A DNA stretch of 64,000 nucleotides from NCBI GenBank assembly GCA_964016885.1, contig OZ024740.1:316324001-316388000 (forward strand), read 5' to 3'. The first letter of the stretch is position 1, and every line of letters starts with the position of its first letter. Under the pieces are notes generated by a model. It saw nothing but the letters and a program-made list of their open reading frames with translations, ran no database searches and was not told where the DNA came from. The translations under genes were made by a program, and so were the position numbers. Below are positions 38,032-51,845 of this stretch, piece by piece. Source of the stretch: Eledone cirrhosa (lineage: Eukaryota).

Positions 38032-38487
38032 ATATTGTTATACTTGGGGAGGGTCATATTTGTGTAATATTGCCAGAATTAATAACAGAACACACTCACT
38101 GTTTGGTTGGTTTTCGCTTCTCGCTTCTGTGTCTTTTATATCGGTAATCTAATATACTCGGTCCTCAATGTTGCCATTGACTGACCGGCGGTCAAAAATA
38201 ATACAGATACAATATAGACACAAACACATATATATAGTTTATCATAAATCTTTCGTTGCACATCTGCAACATCGTCAGTGGTGCTATATTTTCCTCTCGC
38301 TGCATTGTATGTCTACGCCATTTTTATTCAGTCTGTCTATATATTTATTTATTTATTTGCTTGTTTGTTTATTTTATTTTGTCTTCTTTGCGCATGCGTT
38401 TGCGTGTGTGTATAGTGTTTTGTTTGCTGTGTGATGGGTGACTAGTGTGTGTTTATGTGCTTGCCGTTATTGTGCTTGTGTATGTAT

Positions 38488-38522
<35 letters not shown>

Positions 38523-41500
38523 TTTTATTTTATTTTATTTACTTATTTATACTTCTCTTAGGTCAGTGTTGTTTGTTTAGGTGTTGTTGTTATTCCATTC
38601 ATTCTTTCTGTTTAGCTTTGGCCTTCTAATTTCTATTTCACTGGCCTCTCTGATTTGCCTATCTGCTGGGTCATTTCTATGTTTAGATATTATTCTAATT
38701 TCTATGTTGTCTATGTTACCGTCATGTTGTTGTCTAGCATGTTCGTATAGTACTGACCCTTTTTTCGTCCTTTTAGTTCCCCCCAGTGTTGGTCTATCCT
38801 TTCACCTATGCTACGAGCTGTCTCACCTATGTATGTTGTTGTCATGTTTCTGCAAGTACTCTCTGTACATCTTATGCTATAGACTACGTTTTTAGTTTTA
38901 CAGTTTATCCGGGGGTTCACCTTACATATGATACATTTCCTATTGGTACAGTGGGTTTTCTTAAAAGGGTAGGTTTTGCTGATCAGGAATTTTATGGTGG
39001 TTCCTGGCTTTTCTACCACCTTTATTTTTAAGTGGGTCTTTCTCAGGGCCTTTCTACACTGGTTAGCTAATTTCCCTCCAGGGGTAGCGTCCACAAACAT
39101 GACACTCTGGTATCTCTGGTTGTCGTACCTTGAGGTGGCTTTCCCTATCTTATGTCTAGCCCTATCTAAGCTATTCCATGATTTGCTCCTGTATAATGGG
39201 CAAATTCCTTTCATGTCCAGTTCTATGAGGGTCTTATACTTCTCCATGGCTCCTTCGTATACTCTGACTTTGTCTCTTTGGTTGTAGCCAGAGAACTGCA
39301 TGCGGTTGATGAAGTGTTGGATGTGTCTTTCCATTCTGTTGGGTCGCACATGCGGGACACATTCTTCATCACTCGTACCAAATCTGCGATCAGAATATTA
39401 AACTTAGCACTACTGGACATTGCTGAGTTTTTGAGTATCAGGTATTTGGAGGCCATGGGTTTAGCATAGTGTGAGTGGAGAATTTGGGCTCTCTCGTCTA
39501 TAGTGTTAATCCAGAGTTCTGTGTCTAATACAGGTAGTCTATTGTTGGGGTGTTTGGAAGGGAAGTCGATAGTTACAGTTATACTCTGGTGTATGGAATT
39601 AGCTATCTGCTGGATGCTTTCCATCGTGCTACGTTCTAAATCAAACTTGTTAGTGCTCTCTAGTGGGGGTGTTCTTATAACTATATTAATATCGTCTACA
39701 TAACGAGAGTACATGATGAGGTCTATGGAGCTCTCATTAAGGAGATCTTTAAGTCTCCTTTCCCACCATACCATGAAAAGGTTGGCAACATCACCAGCTA
39801 TGCTGACGCCGATGGCTGCTCCCTCATTTTGGGTGTAGATCTTCTCGTTGAACTTAAATATGTGGCCCTTTAGGGTAGTTTTGATACTAGCCTCTATTGC
39901 ATGTGCGACCATTTTTCTTACCTGATCATTGTTTTGGGGAGTCCGTATAGCTTTGGTCCACCCAATCCACCTTCCCATGGGAGTCTTTTTTGCCATTGAG
40001 GTTATGGTGGGGGGTCTACCTCTTATAGGTCTACTAGGGCAGAAACGTCTAAGGTCATGGCTGTCTAGGTAGTCAGTGTCGTAGGTAAGTCTAAGTAGGA
40101 GGCCCAGTTCGTCTGTGTCGACGTCGCAGAACTCCACCTCACTCTCAATGATCATCTCCACACATCTTTTCACAGCAAAATCAATGTTAATGGATGGGTA
40201 CAGTGACACCACATCCATGCTGCCTATTATGCAGTTGAGTTGGACAGGTTCCTGTTTTTGTTGCACTCACTGATTCTGCTGAGGAGGTCCTCTGTACTGT
40301 CACATACATCTGGGGACATCTTGATTATGGGGCGTATAACCATTGAGAGGAAGTAGGAGATCCTGTAGTTGCTAGCTATATTAGCTCCGCATACGGGTCT
40401 TGTTGGTGGTCCTGTTGTCGGGTCGTCGACTGTCTTGTGGTCTTTGCGGAGCCCATACAAGGGTGGTATGCCATTGTTAGACGCCTGGAAGTTGTTGGCA
40501 GTGCGTCTGCTTGGCTTTAGGATGTCAGTCCAGATCATCTTGTGAGCGTTGAGGATTTTCTCTCTCCCATCGTGTGTTTGTTGTGCAATTTCGCTCGTGT
40601 TGGTGATATGGGGTTGCATAGCCTTGATGTAGTTCGGCATGCTATCTATTGACATCCTACCAGATTTATCCGTGGGTAGACATACTACCTCACCATCCCT
40701 TGTGCGCTGCTTGAGGCTAACCAAGCCTTCTACAGGTTTCCTCCCAAGTTGTTGGGCCTCTGGTCTGCTCTGTCTCTTAGTATACCTGTCTACTATTTGT
40801 CTAATCTTATTTCTAGCTATGGTGAACTGTGCCTCTGTCTCGTCATCTATTTGTTGTGGTATGCAAACTCTTTTATTAAAGAGTAACCTCGTAGGATAGA
40901 TATTACCCATCTTATATGTTTTGTCAGCTGGGTTGAAAAATAGTTTCTCTAAGGGGTTGTCATTATATCTATCGTCATAGTTGTGTGTGTTGCTATTATT
41001 GTTATCATGGTGGTTGTTGTTGTTTCTATCATTAGCATTATTATTATTGTTATGATTGCTAGATGTATTGTTGTTTACTTCACCGTTATTGTTGTTGTTA
41101 CTGTTATTTCTACCATTGTGGTTGTTACTTTTATTATGTTTCTTGTTTTTGTTGTGTCTATCATTGATGTTGCTACATGTACTATTTCCATTATTACCAC
41201 TGTGGTTATTGCTGTTGATGTTCGTATTGTTACCGTTATTACTACTGTGGTTGCTGCTGCTGTGTCTGTGGTTAATGTTTCTATTATTATTATTATTGTG
41301 GTTGTTGTTGTTCTGTCTATCGTTAGTATTATTACCATTATCACTATTTCTCACTTTCCTGCTATTGTTATTGTTATGACTGTTATTTCTATACTCAGAG
41401 TTATTGTTTATATTACTACTACCGTTATTATTGTTGTTGTTGTTGTTGTTTACCTTTGCATTCCAACGTATTTTTGTGAAACACTTTTCCAGCTCCATTT

Positions 41501-43978
41501 TGCACTCCACAGGGTTAATCTTTTTGTAGATGGCAAATTTTGGTGGTAGCCGCAGGATTTGTTGTTCTTGTTCACTGATTAAAGTGTTCCCATAAATATT
41601 TACTGTGTGGTTGTAGCAGTAGCCTCCCTTGTTGTGACTCACAACCTCGATAGATTAACAACATCTAGACGGGAAGTAGAACCCTTTCTGTAACTTCCGG
41701 CAGAGCCCTATAAAACTAACAACTTTAAGTTCTTACCCTCTCATTTGCCCTTCCGGCGCCTGGCCTTAGCCAGGCGTCTCACGTTTGCCTGGCAATCAAA
41801 ACGGTAACTCATTACTTTGCTTCATTCTTTCGTTTATTCTTTGACATGTCAACTATACTGTTAAATTGTTGATTAAATATTATACACACAAACCATGTCT
41901 CCTTGTTACATTCATACAACCCAGTTCTTTGCTATATTGGTAACCCTGACGTGATACGAACACGCAGCCGTTCATTGTTATAAGTGGTCACCCCGAAAAA
42001 AGAAAAAAATAGCAGAATCTGGTGGTGTGTGAGTAACATTACGAATACACAGCAAATTTATTGACAAACTATGAAAATACTCAGTCAAAGAAACGAACAC
42101 ACCACGCACATGTGAAATTTTCGCACAGACAGACTTTTTCTCTCACGCATCAACTAACTGTCGCATTTCACGATATATATATATGTTTCTCGTTTCTTAC
42201 AACGAACACTTTCAAAAAAAAAAAAAAAAAAAAAGAAATTTGCTATTTTTTAAAAAACATTTCAACAGGAACATTTATTTTCGATGAACCATTGCCTTTT
42301 TTTTCATCGTTTTCTTCATCGTTCAAGTTTTTTTTTCAAAAGTTCACACCAATAATTATGCTAAGTGAAGCCTTTCTTTTTCATCATTGTCACTTTCACA
42401 CTTGCACTATCATTTTCTCGCGCGGTAGAAATATTATTTTTTAAACCTAACTTAACCTTGTATTGGCACGTGTAGGCAGCATAAATTCTCGACTCACAGA
42501 GATATCTCGACTCACAGAGATAGCCGCACGCCAGAGATAACGTTTCTCGCCAAGGATTCTTCAGCCTTAAGCTATATTCTCCTATTTGCAGGTTTAAAAA
42601 TTTACCACGTAAATTTGCCGTTGAAAACTGCGCATTTATTCAGAATGCTTATTTCTTTGGTCGCTGGCCTCTTGACCCTTCCAGGTCAACGCATTCTCAA
42701 CATCGACCACCAACTTCGGCTGTTATTTCTAGCACTTTGCGCAACTCATTTTTTCCGAAAAATTTTTTTTTTTTTACTGTGAATTTAAACACCGAATACG
42801 CTCACTCCGCGAGACAACAACATCAACAGCAACACAGCTTCACCAACAACCAAAACCAGCAGAACAATCCAGAGAATTTATTTTTGCAGCACTCTTCCTG
42901 TGAGAAAATCCATTCGGAGGTTGGAAATTTCACGATATACCACAGAACAGAAACCACCTGCATTCATTCTTTGGAACACACTTTCTTTCCTGCTGTCATG
43001 TGATTGCACACCTGTGAACTATATTTTGTACATTAGAGCTTTGAGCTCTTCTCTTACGTTATTACATTGTATCTTTGGGTGATGGATAGATAGATGTCCA
43101 GTCGTTCTCTGGCCAAGAGCGGTTGGCTACCTTGATATCTATCATTGATTTTTGCAAACATTCTTTTGTCGTAATTTTCATGCCTGTTACAACATTCTCG
43201 CCAACTTGCTACATATGTCATTCGATTTTTATATTCTAAAATTCTGGCGGGAGGTTATGTAGCAGTAGCCTCCCTTGTTGTGACTCACAACCCCAATAGA
43301 TTAACAACATCTAGACGGGAAGTGGAACCCTTTCTGTAACTTCCGGCAGAGCCCTATAAAACGAATAGCTTTCGGCTCTCTCCCTCTCATTTGCCCTTCC
43401 GGCGCCTGGCCATTGCCAGGCGTCTTCTGCCAGCCTGCGTTTGCCTGGCAATCAAAACGGTAACTACTAACTTTGCTTCATTCTTTCATCTATTTCATTG
43501 ACATGTCAACTATACTGTTAAATTGTTGATTAAATATTATACACACAAACTATGTCTCCTTGTTACATTCATACACACCGAGTTCTTCGCCATATGGTCA
43601 TTGGTAAATTCTTCCGGTAGTTTTACATCAGTCATACGGATATTGTCGATGTTATCTGGGTATTTTTGAGAATATTCAATTTTCCTTTTTTGTAGTTTTT
43701 TCTTATTCATCCATTCTAATTTCTTATTGAAATGCCTATAGCATTCGTTTCGGGTATATTTCGTTTCACGTCGGATGACGCTCATGAAGTTGTCCCTCTC
43801 GTTTGCTGTGGTGAGATTTCGGACATCCTTACCGTTAATGCGTTTCTGTCTGTAAAGTTCGTTGACTTTTGTGTATGTTGTTCTTTTCAGAAGCGAAAAC
43901 CAACCAAACAGTGAGTGTGTTCTGTTATTAATTCTGGCAATATTACACAAATATGACCCTTCCCAAGTATAACAATAT
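38032..43978 (-). mobile_element. Penelope-like element PLE-3 (YVDD RT + C-terminal GIY-YIG), frameshifted, interrupted by an LTR element
   Basis: PTDKSG, GLRKDHK, SMDVVSLYPSI, QNEGAAIG, RYVDD, LPVLD, VVY..YIGET; 90-bp inverted terminal repeat 38032-38121 / 43889-43978. Confidence 0.9.
41612..43594 (+). mobile_element. Non-autonomous LTR retroelement (TRIM/LARD-like) with tRNA-Trp PBS
   Basis: LTRs 41612-41936 and 43258-43594; TSD TGGT; PBS tggtaaccctgacgtgat at 41938; purine-rich tract ggcgggagg at 43246. Confidence 0.9.
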
Positions 43979-44019
43979 TTGTTTCGACACACGATTTCAT
44001 ATAAAAAACCTCACAAAAC

Positions 44020-44080
<61 letters not shown>

Positions 44081-44114
44081 ATGTATATATATATACATAT
44101 ATATATATACATAT

Positions 44115-44445
<331 letters not shown>

Positions 44446-44514
44446 AAGCTGACATTCCACTACACGGTACATAACACTGTGTCCTGGAAAACATTAATGC
44501 AGTCGTGCATAACC

Positions 44515-44599
<85 letters not shown>

Positions 44600-44631
44600 T
44601 AACAGATTAAAGTTTGGATTTTAGTCTTCAA

Positions 44632-44688
<57 letters not shown>

Positions 44689-44818
44689 ATATATATGTAT
44701 ATATAATGTATTTTGCAATACACTTTATGCTTAATTAAAAGCATTTTGAAGACCGTATGCTATTGTTTTAGAGTAGTGACAAATTCACTTACTTTAATCT
44801 CACCAAACAGGGGAGATA

Positions 44819-44864
44819 AGCCGACAAGGGCCTTGTTTCGCTTTTGTTGAAGCTTATCAAGGCT
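44819..44864 (-). ncRNA. Type I HHR, U3-A8 core
   Basis: Reverse complement of 45089-45134. Confidence 0.85.
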
Positions 44865-45088
44865 AACTACCCCTCCTGTCTACTGAGATTACTGATGTAA
44901 TTAAGCATAAAGTGTATTGCAAAATACATTATATATACATCCATATATATATTGCTATTTCAGAGCTTCAATTCTAATTTTTAATTTCTGCCTGACCAAC
45001 AATCGCTCTGTATAATCAGCTCCTGATTATTTACTAGAATTCTATAAGAATATAACATCAGTAATCTCAGTAGACAGGAGGGGTAGTT

Positions 45089-45134
45089 AGCCTTGATAAG
45101 CTTCAACAAAAGCGAAACAAGGCCCTTGTCGGCT
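45089..45134 (+). ncRNA. Type I HHR, U3-A8 core
   Basis: agcc-TTGATAA-gctt(caacaa)aagc-GAAA-caag(gcc)cttg-TC-ggct; extended stem I 45062-45158. Confidence 0.88.
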
Positions 45135-45289
45135 TATCTCCCCTGTTTGCTGAGATTAAAGTAAGTGAATTTGTCACTACTCTAAAACAATAGCATACGG
45201 TCTTCAAAATGCTTTTAATTAAGAATAAAGTGTATTGCAAAATACATTATATATACATCCATATATATATTGCTATTTCAGAGCTCCAA

Positions 45290-45377
<88 letters not shown>

Positions 45378-45523
45378 ATCAAAATACTTGAGTGTGTTAG
45401 AGTTAATCACACTCGTCGTATTAGAGAAATGATAGTATAAGATATAGCTCAATGTAATCCAACAGAGCCGAAAAATTATAAAAATAAACAAAGAAGCCTT
45501 CAATACATCAAAAGTCTTTATTA

Positions 45524-45564
45524 GCCGACAATGTTTCGTCCCATTAATAAGGACTCATCAGGGC
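45524..45564 (-). ncRNA. Canonical minimal type I HHR of PLE-4
   Basis: gcc-CTGATGA-gtcc(ttattaatg)ggac-GAAA-cattg-TC-ggc followed by AATAAA. Confidence 0.92.
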
Positions 45565-47021
45565 AAGCAAAGAGACAAGAAGCATTAACGGCCAAAACAA
45601 GCCAAAACTCAGAAGAACAGGGAATTTATATCTATGAAAACTTAGGAAGGACATCATGGAAAGACATGCTAAAGTTAAAAGTGAGCATTTGCAAATATAG
45701 ACTATAGGGCAAGAGAGCAAGTAATATGTCAAACCCACGTTGAAAGAACAATATAAGACAAATACATGAAACACAACATGGTAATACAATATGAGAATTA
45801 TAATATGATATAGAATACAATATAATGGATAATAAGAAATAAAAAGCTTTATATATATGTATATATATATATCCATATATATACACATTTACACAAACAC
45901 ATACTAACACTTGTTTAAATATTTAAATATAATAATCATTATAATAGCATAATCACCCTGACGGTGTGCATAAACAATATCAAAAACAATGAAATAATAT
46001 ACTGACATAAAAAATATATAAAACTACATCATACGTATCATTTAAGGTCAACAAATTGTATATAAAGTTTTTCACAAGGTAAGAAAAAATATCATATAAA
46101 AATAAAGTATGGTGAAAGAATATATATAACTATATATAATATTGACAATAAATATCCAGAGGTATATGCAGTTCAAATTCATAAAATATTACAAAACAGT
46201 ACCTCAATAACGGACATGTATATATAATTCAATACCATAAAAATAATAATGTTAATATTACAATAGCAGACAGACAGAATCAATGGAAAATGCTTAAGAC
46301 ATATTTACGCGATGCATACAAATAGACATATCAGGAGACAATAACAAATGATAGGAGAACAGACAGCATGTGGTAGTAAAAATAAATAAATAAATAAATA
46401 AAACGAAGAACAAAAACAAAAACAAGCACAGACGTTACAAGTCCCTAGGTAAATATAGATAATATTACTATTCTGGATCAAAGAATTAAATTGAAAACCT
46501 TATTAAATTAATTAGTACTAAAACTATTTAAAAGACATTATGGGTCACTTCATATGGAATAAAGTTTAAATCATCAAAGACGAATAAAATTAAGATATTT
46601 CAATAAGAAAGCTAAAATATCTATAAAGATTTATTACGATACATCCAGACTAATTACGATATCAAGGAAAAAACTCTAAATAAAACTATGGTAGACCAAT
46701 GGGAACATAAAGAAGTAGAACTATGGAGGGTAGGAAGGAGCATAAAGGTAAAAATTTATATATAATCAATATAAATTGACCATATATAAATTTATATATA
46801 ATATTAAATATAATATTATTTTCATCCCAACCAGGGATGAAAATAAAGATAGAAACTTATAAGGCGACAATGGTGAATAAAAATGTAATAAAGGTAAAGA
46901 TGATAGAAAGAGTAGGATAGCTAAAGAGACTATGAAAACTAAAACTAAATTGAAAAACCGTAGAAAAACAATAATGGTAATAATAATGAACTAAAACCAA
47001 AGAGATAAGGAAATATAGCAG

Positions 47022-49601
47022 CTAATGGATACGGTTTAAACTACCGGAGCTTTTAGGTCTATAATAGAAGAAGGAATTAGAAATAGCATGCGGACAGGAA
47101 GAAAAAATTTCAGATTTTCTATTAAGTAATACGTTCCTAGAGAAAATTATAGAGTGGGTCTCTAGGATACAAAGATTACAGAATTTAGCGTGTGTTGAGA
47201 GGTGATTAGAGTGTGCTACTATACGCCAATTTAGGTTATATGGTATACCAGCCCCTTTTAAATCCCAGATATGGTGTGCTAAAGAAGTAGAGTTCTTAAA
47301 CTTGATATGCTTAAAATTAGAAATATGTGAATTAAACCTAGTTTTAAAAGTATTAGATGTGGAGCCTATATATGTTCTACAAGAAGAATTAGTCTTAACT
47401 TCACATGCATAAACAATATTCCTAGAGAGGCAGTGGCCATTCAAAGGGCAGTTATTACTTAATCTACAGTTACACTTCCGGGTATTAGTGATTAGCTGAT
47501 TACGCGATGCATTATTCCTAGGGTTATTAGAAGATAAGATCTGCTCGGGTGGTAAGTTGTTGATAGAGCTATCTAGATTAGTAGTACGCAAAGAGCAGTA
47601 GCTGTCCCTAATTTTCCTATTATTAGTGCTAGCTAGATGAGAATTAATATTAGGGGTGGTAGAGAAGGAGAGTTTAATTACATTCTTATTAAAGATACTA
47701 TGGTATTTATTAGTAGGAGGGAAATTTTTCTCTAAAATAGAAAAGAAAGATCTAGGGATATTAGTTAATACTTCATGATTATAAAGCGGGTTAAAGTAAG
47801 TATTGAGCCTCCTCCTATTCTTACCTTTACTATTTCTATTTCTATCTCGTATCGTATTAATAGGATTAGGGTTAATACTAGGACCAGTTGAATCAACATT
47901 ATTAGAAGCCGTTAAAACATCACCACTGGGTGAACGTTCAGAGCGCCTATCCTGTTCACTAGAACTAATCTCAAAAAGTGCACCATTAGACTCACTATTA
48001 CGATTATTATTGTGGTAGTTATACATATGGTTCGGTTTGGATGAACCAATAACATTTCTATGATTCCTAGATTTTCTTCTCCCATTCAAGGCCATGTTAT
48101 GGGATATTACGTTATTATTGGTAAACGGAGTCATTCCAAGGTAGTTATCTTTATAGTGTATTCTACCTGAGTAACCAGAGTTAGCTAGGGCATTATTATA
48201 ATACTCAGCATGTGAATTAAATATTCCTATATCTTTAGAGAGTGTGGAGATTCTATTAGATACACCATTAATAATAGAACTAATCATAGATTTAGGGTGG
48301 TTAGAATTAGGATTAACGTAAGAGAGTGTCTCATTAGGCTTGTGGAAGGGTTTATAATTATTAGTGACCAAGTCCAATGTCACATCTAAAAAGTTAACAG
48401 CTCTATCATTCCTATCAATCGTGATCGAAAGGTTAAAATTTTAAAAACATTTATACAACTTCTTCCTATTATGTTCAATGCTATTAGTACTAGAGTTTAT
48501 TACAAATAATGCATCGTCACGATAAAGTCCACCTTTAAGGTGCGGAAAGCTAACATAAAGTTCGTTCAAGAGGTACAGCCCAACAAGATCAGTTACCTGC
48601 GCAGAATCACTTGAACCCATGGTCACGTCAAAGTTGTTGGGTGTGTTTTTACGCGTCCAAAGTGTATCCTCAAATTTGAAGATAGTCTTACGGGCGGCTA
48701 GTATAACATCAATCTGGGGACGCGTAAGACGAGACATTCGCATGGCCATAATTAGGGCTTTATTAAGGAGGATAGGTGAAATCGACGTGTAATAGGCGTC
48801 TATATCAAACTGGATAAACCTACTAGACTTAAGCTTATTTATACCAGAGAACCAATCAATAACATCCATAGTGTTCCCCCATAGATTAAAATGAACCTTT
48901 TCTCTAACGGTGGGTATAATCAGGTCAAGAATTTTCTTACTAATTATAGCTATATCAGACTTAGAAGGACTGATAAGTCTAACAGTAGGATTACTTAAGA
49001 AGTCCACCTTATGATCCTTAAGTGTGAATCTCGGTTCCCTAGGGTAATAAGGTTGGGTATACTTATCAAGACCCAGATCCGAAACTATCTTGAGGACCTC
49101 ATTATTAATTTGATCTAAATTATCCTGCGTTGTCTTTTTGTAATTTTTATGCAACTCCTTATTAATAAAATTACGGTAGGCAATGTAATCCATAGAGTAA
49201 AGATTCTTAGTCTTGTCAGCCGGGACAAGAATAGACCTATTCCCTTTAAAATCCCTAACAATATTCTTAAGTTTAGACTGGAACTTGTCAAATTTATTAT
49301 AGTTCCCATATTTATTATGCGGCTTATATTTAATATTTTTGACAAGGGAAAGTAAATCGTTCTCAAAACTATCTAATAGAACATTATGCGGTGGACTTTT
49401 ATAAGTCTTGAAGCCAAAGTTATTGAATGGAGTCTTACTACTGGGGTTATTCCTATTCCTATTACTATCAAAGTGGAAAGCACGGCATCTAATCCGTTTT
49501 ACGAATGAGTTAACGCTAGCAATCAAGAGTTTTTCATAAGTATTTCTAGAAGGGATGGGAATATTCTTCAGAGATAAAGGCAAGTAGCTCTTTGTTAGCA
49601 T
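47022..49601 (-). pseudogene. PLE-4 RT/GIY-YIG ORF (~859 codons) with one in-frame TAA at 48441-48443
   Basis: ORFs 48441..49601 and 47022..48383 are in the same frame with an open 19-codon gap (NFNLSITID..VNFLD); SLKNIP, ADKT, FDI, YRDD, CNCx5CPL, IVY..YIG. Confidence 0.92.
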
Positions 49602-49701
49602 ACTGTCAGATGTATATAAAGGCCAAAATACCAGTATATAGGATAAAGCTCAACCAATCGGGAACCGTAATAAGATCAAAATACTTGAGATATAGAGATA
49701 T

Positions 49702-49808
<107 letters not shown>

Positions 49809-49835
49809 CATACATATATATATATACATATATAT

Positions 49836-49874
<39 letters not shown>

Positions 49875-49882
<8 letters not shown>

Positions 49883-50178
49883 TTGTAGCTCTGAAATAGC
49901 AATATATATATGGATGTAAATATAATGTATTTTGCAATACACTTTATGCTTAATTAAAAGCATTTTGAAGAATATAACATCATTGATCTCAGCAGACGGG
50001 CGGGGTAGTTGGCCTTGATAAGCTTCAACAAAGCGAAACATGTCATGTCGGCTTATCTCCTCCTGTTTGCTGAGATCGAAGTGAGTGAATTTGTCACTAC
50101 TTTAAAACAATAGCTTACGGTCTTCAAAATGCTTTTAATTAAGCATAAAGTGTATTGCAAAATACATTATATTTACAT

Positions 50179-50190
<12 letters not shown>
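49875..50190. mobile_element. Family A retrozyme: short inverted tail (49875-49970) plus sense partial unit
   Basis: Homologous to 44898-45295; flanked by (TA)n. Confidence 0.8.
50011..50053 (+). ncRNA. Type I HHR, U3-A8 core
   Basis: ggcc-TTGATAA-gctt(caaca)aagc-GAAA-cat(gtc)atg-TC-ggct; extended stem I 49985-50077. Confidence 0.87.
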
Positions 50191-50212
<22 letters not shown>

Positions 50213-51845
50213 CAAGGACACCAAAGCAAATTATATATATACGAATATAAATTATCGAGAATCGTATTTCGGCCCACGAAATAACGAAAAACAACCTCCG
50301 AGATGTGTGGTAAGTGCTCAATGATTCAGATGAACCAGAGCTATAACAAACGTTAAAGGCCAAACACACTGAGACGATGGTTAAACAATCATCCGCATAG
50401 CCAAAAAAACGATCAAGTAATTCGGGTCAAACAAATAAAAATATATATGATTGAAAATTTACCCGGACCCCTGGAAGGTTGGTAAAATCCAGCATTTGGG
50501 TTTCTGCGACTCCTAAATCAAGTACTGTCCGCTTACATAAATAACGAAAAACAAACTCCGAGATGTTTACAGACTTCTCTTTCTGATTTACTTTCATTTT
50601 AAACTTTATTTTTAATTTTATTTTTATTTTTACTTCACATCCACCAATAACCCCCCCCCCCCCCCTCTACTTTTCGATTCACTTACCTAATATCTTCACA
50701 TTCCACATTTCACTTCCCCATTTGCTTTCACGACCTGATAACCTTTGTCACTTGCGTTTTCCACTCCAGATATACTCTGTTGTTTCGCAGCCGATTTTAT
50801 ATTTGTAGTCATTTATTCATACGGCTGGTTTATAATCTGTATCTATGTGTGTGAGTGGCTTATGTGTGTATATGTTTTGTATATGTATACGAACGCCTCC
50901 GTATGTGTGCGTGTGTACGTATATATATGTGTGTGTATGTGTGTTTTTATATCTATGTTTTTTTTATAAATATGTTTTTTACATACTTATTTATACGTGT
51001 GTGTATGCGGGTGAATGTATGTGTATGTGTATGTATATGTGTGTATATGTATATGTATGTATGGGTGTGTATGTATATATGTATATATATATATATATAT
51101 AGTCGCGTACGTACGTGTGATTAGATATACATGTGGCGATATATATATATACGTGCCTCGTGTGTACGTATGTACGCATGCATGCGCTTTTGTCTGTACG
51201 TATTTGTGTGTATAAATATTTTTTTATAGATATATGTGTATGTACGTGCGTACCTATGTTTGTTTTCTTTTCTCTAGTAATAATTGATTACTTTCTCTTT
51301 GATTTAAAACATTTTTTCATTCTCATATATTGTTTAATTTTTATACATATATCGAGAATGACACTTCTTTTCACTATTACACTCCCTTCCCTCTTTATCT
51401 CCCGCATATAAGTGACCGCTCGCGTGTGTGTGTTTATACGCGTGCTTTCATACTCGTATATGTATTTAATACCTGTATCTGGATGCGTGTTATCTTACAA
51501 TTTCTTTTTCAACTCATATTATCTTACAATTTCTTTTTCAACTCATATTATCTTACAATTTCTTTTTCAACTCATATTATATACGTATTTGTGGTCACAT
51601 ATACACAAATATACTTGCCCTCATATATGTACTTACGCACACATTTTCACCATACACATGCATTTGTACATACACACATATGTACATTTGTGAGTGTATA
51701 TACATACATATACACATACCCTAACTATATTTCCTTATTTTTTTATATATCTCTTGCATTACTTTTATTTATATATTTTTTGCCCGTTAAACTCTTGCAT
51801 TTCTTGAGGAGACTTTCCAAATATTTCACTATGTTTTAAATTGCC

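Larger units (their letters stand above)
44690..45295. mobile_element. Family A retrozyme: inverted partial copy (44690-44897, -) joined to a 1.25-mer (44898-45295, +; unit 318 bp)
   Basis: Terminal redundancy at 44898 and 45216; divergent (5'-to-5') arrangement, flanked by microsatellite. Confidence 0.85.
45373..49689 (-). mobile_element. Penelope-like element PLE-4, apparently full length
   Basis: 20-bp direct terminal repeat ataagatcaaaatacttgag (45373 and 49670); (TA)n both sides; RT + GIY-YIG; 1.65-kb 3' UTR with HHR. Confidence 0.93.

Noticed and set aside
41608-41642. Start of ORF 40227..41642 (MSHNKGGYCYN)
   Set aside because: Read-in from the inserted LTR; the true PLE frame continues beyond 43595
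48441-48443. In-frame stop in PLE-4 as possible selenocysteine recoding
   Set aside because: The codon is TAA, not TGA; a simple nonsense mutation or sequencing error is more likely
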